DNA of 11,946 bases, taken from Paraphysomonas bandaiensis. Its lineage: Eukaryota > Protista > Chrysophyceae. The position numbers and the translations under genes were made by a program. Positions 7,313-11,946 of this stretch are shown here, piece by piece (within the stretch, counting starts at the first letter, position 1; each line of letters starts with the position of its first letter). The notes under the pieces were generated by a model. It saw only the letters and a list, made by a program, of their open reading frames with translations. It ran no database searches and had not been told where the DNA came from. The DNA is taken from contig CBFFRP010000579.1 of the NCBI GenBank assembly GCA_965644295.1, positions 1-11,946 of the forward strand. The letters run 5' to 3'.

Positions 7313-10300
7313 ATGAAGAAACCTTCACCAGAGAAAAGCGAAAGAGAGTGCAAAGAGCTGCAACGAACTCATGCAATCATAAGAGATCTTGAAGATAAAT
7401 TAGCAGCTGAAAAGCAGAAGAATCAAGAGCTGGAGAATGAAGTACTGCAACTCAAGTCGTGCTTATTGCAAATGTGGTCTCACGATCAACACAACAGCGA
7501 TGAGGGATTATTCACCGATCCCTCTGGTGGATCATCCGCTATGCTAACTGATGACTCACAGGAGAATGTTGGCTCCAGAGCTCCATTGAGACAGAAATCG
7601 AAGAGTGTGATTGACAGTGGAGTTGTCGAACATTTACGTATACACAAGGAAGAAATTACGATTAAGGTTTTCCTGTTGCAGTACGTCCTTCACTACATTG
7701 ACACCTTGACAGGAGAGGGTGGGTATGGGAAGCTTCGGAATAGTACACAAAGCAATGTTCGAAGAGAGTATAGTGGCAGTCAAAGTATTTATTTCAAGGG
7801 AAGTTGATATTAATAGAGAAATTGTAACGATGTCCAAAACTAAAGGTCAACCCCATGTGTTGGACCTGCTTGGTACGCTGTGAACTGCACAGCTGTTTTT
7901 ATGACTGACGAGTACTGTTGTTGTGCAGGTGTCGTTATTTCAGAAGAAGACCCTTACAAACCCCCCCAGGTTAACATTTGCATGTATTACGGATATATGC
8001 TGGCGTCGGAAATATGGTCATGCATATTTACGGTTATTTTTGCATTGGTTTTATAATGCTTATTCTATCTTCCAGGTTGCTTTGGTTATGAAGTTTATGG
8101 CAAATGGCTCTCTGCAAGATATTTGCTACCGGGACTCCCCTATGTATCACTCACATATTACCAATGAAACGAAAGTCAAGTTCGCTTATCAAGCTGCAAG
8201 AGGGGTTCTGAGTTTACATCAACTGAATATCATCCACCGTGATCTGGCGTGCAGGAATCTTCTTGTGGATGACAAGATGGATGTTTATGTAGCAGATTTT
8301 GGGTTTGCTCGACTGAAGCATATTGCGATGTCGAAGGAGTTTACTCAAACAAAGATAGGGCCCGTTCGATGGGAAGCCCCAGAATCTCTCGTAAACAAGG
8401 AGTTTTCTGAGAAGACGGATTCGTTTTCATTCGGAGTATGTTTATATGAACTCATTAGTGGCAAGCAGCCCTGGGACTCAATGCCTACTCCAGCTATGGT
8501 GATAGGTAACGTACTGAATGGCCATAGAATGCGCATTCCCATAAATTGCGATCCTGTACTTGCCGAACTCTGTGAGCTATGCTGGGCCCATGATCCTGAC
8601 GTGCGCCCGAATTTTGATGTCCTTGTACGTACACTTGGAGATCGATACAGAAAGGTATTACAAGATAACCGTGAAGTCAATAGAAAAATTGACACGGTCG
8701 AGTTCATGATCAGCGGCTGTAATGTAATAAAGTTTCCATTTGTTTTGAAAGATGGAAATAAGGCGAAGAAGCCAAAGCAACGCTTTCTGCACTTGACGTC
8801 GGACCTCAAGAGTTTGTTGTGGAGCAAGACCATAGAACGAGGACTTGAGATGAAAGATGTCACCGATATTCTAGTTGGCCAATCTACAAAAAATTTCAAG
8901 CTATTCGGGCCCGGTGGGTTGGGTCCATCATCGGCTGCCTGTTCCTTTTCCATTGTCACAGTGAGCCGGACACTTGATATAGTTTGCGAGAGTTCACATG
9001 CGAGGGACCAGTGGGTATGGGGTCTTAGATTTCTGCTTGCTCGTCAGAGAGAAGACAGTTTATATAGTAGGGTGATGATAAACCTTCGCCACAACTGGTC
9101 GATTTTACCTCGCGATATTACGTTGAGTTCATTTGGAAAGAAAGCGAAGGAAGATTTCGAGCTGACTCCGCAGATATTGAATGGTATTCGCCATGTGGCT
9201 TACAACCTCCAACGCGGTGAAATTATGATTAAATTCACTACCCGTAAAACTCACGCTCGTCATGTGTGTCTGTCGGAGGATTTAACGTGTATAACATGGA
9301 GTTCAGAAGAGGACGGGCCGGTCAGAAAAGGACGCAGCAAGAGCATTCTAGTTGATGAGATAGAGCGGATAGTACATGGTAATCAACCGAAACTACTAAG
9401 TGGTAGTGCTCGCATGGTTGCCGCAGCAGCTCAACTGTCAGAATCGCTGACGCTCATTAAGTCTCCTCCGACGATCAACCAACGACGAGAAAGAAAATGG
9501 GGCGTTGAGTCAACAGATGATCGACACATTGCGCACCAAACCCAAGCTACACATACGATGCCTTCCTCAGTAGGAATCTCAACATCCAGACGGGATAGGC
9601 GACTTTCAGTTTCCTCCAACAAAGATATAACTTATGATGATAAAGTCTCACACTCACAGAGGAATCCGACATCTTGGTCGCAACAGGTGCAGAGTTTTTT
9701 TCCTCCTCTTCCTTCTCTAAAGCGAGAGAGATCACTGGAAACGGGGCAGGGGTATGGGGGGGACGCGGGAGGTTCTATTGTGTCGGAGGACTCCTCTGGA
9801 GCCGAAAAAGAAAGAAATGATGATGAGGAGGATTACCAACTCTGTGTGTCATACTTAGGGACTGACGGGAGGACGCTTTTGGCAATTCGCTGCCCCAACA
9901 AGGACGCGTTGGACTTGTGGACCGAAGGCTTGACAGCTCTAATTGTTGTTCGAAAGATGTTCAGGCATTTCCAAATGCCCAATTATAACAGCCCTTCTGA
10001 CTTTGATGGCAGTGTGGTACGTGGTCGTCGCTGTGTTTCCCGTTATCTTATTCTCTATATCTTTGCATTTTGGCAACAGGTTGCGCATGTGCCTTCCAAT
10101 CGGAGCTGTATTGTAGATACCCTGCTGTCATCATCCGAGGATATAACTTCGAGAGAAACTACCAGAGTTACAGAGCAGTTATCTTGCGATGAGAAAACTC
10201 CTCACCAATTAGTAACATCTGTGGTGTCTGATGACGAACACAAACTGCTCCCGATGCTCACACCCGGAGAAATACAAATTCCTATACTTGATGAGAAAGA

Positions 10301-10760
10301 TGAGAAAGAGTACGGCTTTGGCAGGACTAATCACTCTTATACCTTGATGAGAGGGTCAGATCATGAGAGTAGTATTTTTGTGGATAGGATGTCGGTTGAT
10401 TCTCGCGATACTTCTACAACTGCAGCAGAACGCCGTGCTTCGCATGGTAGGTCCCATACGGAATCCGTCACAATGCACTATGTGGAGATGAAAGAGAATG
10501 GATCTCTGCTGGATCGATTGCCGGGATCGCTGAGAAATAGTGATAAGCGTCCAATTCGCGAGCTAAGTAGTGATGATGAAAATGATCATAATTCTACGAC
10601 GGATGACAGAAGTATCACATCGGCTAGTGAGTTGGATGGCTCTTTAGTCGGCATGTCCATTGTGAAAGATAAGTCAATAGAGAAAAAATGTTGCCATGCT
10701 TATGAATTTGCCTCGACGTCGTTATGCAGCGATACTCTCGTTACGAACGCTGAAAAATGA
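7313..10760 (+). CDS. Tyrosine-kinase-like protein kinase with N-terminal coiled coil and two PLC-type PH domains; join(7313..7666,7713..7872,7929..7969,8076..10016,10080..10760); possible extra first exon 7183..7266 spliced to 7307
   Basis: Splicing at 7667-7712, 7873-7928 and 7970-8075 rebuilds the full kinase domain: ERVGMGSFGIVHKA, VAVK, REI, HVLDLLG, ALVMKFMANGSL, HRDLACRN, DFG, GPVRWEAPE, DSFSFG, CWAHDPDVRPNF. PH1: GCNVIKF..KPKQRFLHL..LLWS..CSFSIV..RTLDIVC..DQWVWGLRFL. PH2: RGEIMIKF..HARHVCLSEDLTCITW...RTLLAIRC..LDLWTEGLTAL. The real start is upstream of the listed 7923 ORF. Confidence 0.9.
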
Positions 10761-10860
10761 TATTTAATTTGTTTGTGTTATGTGTGCTTGTATGTAGCAT
10801 GGCTGCGTATCATCTAATTGACGTAGGTTGTAAATTATAATTGCGATTATTACTATTCCA

Positions 10861-11074
10861 TTAGGGTTAGGGTTAGGGTTAGGATTGTTTGGGTTATACG
10901 CTGTCCCCCGATAGCTCCTTACCCATTTGAGGTTAGGGTTATACGCTGTCCCCCGATAGCTCCTTACCCAATTGAGGTGTGGATCTGTTTAACAATCAAA
11001 TTTAAGCCAATCAAAAAAAGGGTTAGGGTTAGGGTTAGGGCTCGCATGGTTGCCGCAGCAGCTCAACTATTCGA
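10861..11074 (+). repeat. Telomere-proximal mosaic of short TTAGGG tracts and unique spacers
   Basis: TTAGGG tracts at 10861-10883, 10931-10941 and 11019-11040. Spacers include a 45-bp-period duplication (10891-10933 / 10936-10978), an A7-ended segment (to 11019) and a kinase-derived 29-mer (11040-11068). Confidence 0.93.
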
Positions 11075-11925
11075 TTAGGGTTAGGGTTAGGGTTAGGGTT
11101 AGGGTTAGGGTTAGGGTTAGGGTTAGGGTTAGGGTTAGGGTTAGGGTTAGGGTTAGGGTTAGGGTTAGGGTTAGGGTTAGGGTTAGGGTTAGGGTTAGGG
11201 TTAGGGTTAGGGTTAGGGTTAGGGTTAGGGTTAGGGTTAGGGTTAGGGTTAGGGTTAGGGTTAGGGTTAGGGTTAGGGTTAGGGTTAGGGTTAGGGTTAG
11301 GGTTAGGGTTAGGGTTAGGGTTAGGGTTAGGGTTAGGGTTAGGGTTAGGGTTAGGGTTAGGGTTAGGGTTAGGGTTAGGGTTAGGGTTAGGGTTAGGGTT
11401 AGGGTTAGGGTTAGGGTTAGGGTTAGGGTTAGGGTTAGGGTTAGGGTTAGGGTTAGGGTTAGGGTTAGGGTTAGGGTTAGGGTTAGGGTTAGGGTTAGGG
11501 TTAGGGTTAGGGTTAGGGTTAGGGTTAGGGTTAGGGTTAGGGTTAGGGTTAGGGTTAGGGTTAGGGTTAGGGTTAGGGTTAGGGTTAGGGTTAGGGTTAG
11601 GGTTAGGGTTAGGGTTAGGGTTAGGGTTAGGGTTAGGGTTAGGGTTAGGGTTAGGGTTAGGGTTAGGGTTAGGGTTAGGGTTAGGGTTAGGGTTAGGGTT
11701 AGGGTTAGGGTTAGGGTTAGGGTTAGGGTTAGGGTTAGGGTTAGGGTTAGGGTTAGGGTTAGGGTTAGGGTTAGGGTTAGGGTTAGGGTTAGGGTTAGGG
11801 TTAGGGTTAGGGTTAGGGTTAGGGTTAGGGTTAGGGTTAGGGTTAGGGTTAGGGTTAGGGTTAGGGTTAGGGTTAGGGTTAGGGTTAGGGTTAGGGTTAG
11901 GGTTAGGGTTAGGGTTAGGGTTAGG
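11075..11925 (+). repeat. Telomere, perfect (TTAGGG)n, ~141 units + TTAGG (851 nt)
   Basis: Uninterrupted TTAGGG array with the G-rich strand running 5'->3' towards the end of the sequence, as expected for a right chromosome end. Confidence 0.99.
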
Positions 11926-11946
11926 AGCAATACGTAACTGAACGAA
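11926..11946 (-). other. Untrimmed Oxford Nanopore ligation adapter (technical artefact)
   Basis: AGCAATACGTAACTGAACGAA is the reverse complement of TTCGTTCAGTTACGTATTGCT, the 3' end of the ONT adapter top strand. Confidence 0.96.

Noticed and set aside
7923-8075. N-terminus of the listed 945-aa ORF (MQVSLFQ...YSIFQ)
   Set aside because: It is an out-of-frame small exon plus intron 7970-8075; the true kinase N-lobe comes from upstream exons.
8345-9735. Antisense ORFs within the kinase (204, 63 and 62 aa)
   Set aside because: Shadow ORFs opposite a real CDS, with no recognisable features.
10861-11074. CRISPR array
   Set aside because: The repeats are telomeric hexamer tracts of unequal length, the context is eukaryotic, and there are no cas genes.
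11050-11937. 295-aa poly(VR) ORF and antisense 287-aa poly(LT) ORF
   Set aside because: These are translations of the telomere repeat with non-ATG starts, and they run into adapter sequence. The ATG brought in by the captured fragment (11046) is in the frame that stops at the first TAG (MVAAAAQLFD*).
11926-11946. Unique sequence distal to the telomere as a biological cap or further spacer
   Set aside because: It matches the Oxford Nanopore adapter.

Overview
This is a eukaryotic chromosome end, probably from a compact protist genome (GT-AG introns mostly 46-63 nt; stramenopile-like is only a guess). Left to right: a possible 3' end of an upstream gene; a 2-exon LCM/TIGR00027-type SAM methyltransferase; a ~1.45-kb decayed repeat/mobile-element region (three copies of one repeat, one interrupted by a short TTAGGG tract, plus a ~90-bp hairpin-containing tandem duplication); a 6-exon ARM-like protein with a C-terminal transmembrane helix (minus strand); a divergently transcribed 3-exon thymidylate kinase; and a large multi-exon coiled-coil + tyrosine-kinase-like + two-PH-domain kinase. 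The kinase stops 100 bp before the first telomeric repeats. The telomere base (10861-11074) is a mosaic of short TTAGGG tracts and unique spacers. One spacer is an exact 29-nt copy of the kinase coding sequence 1.6 kb away, and it runs directly into a near-copy of the first chromosome/telomere junction, which suggests serial template switching by the telomere 3' end. An 851-nt perfect (TTAGGG)n array follows, and the window ends in an untrimmed Oxford Nanopore adapter. All exon models were derived by hand from splice signals and reading-frame continuity.
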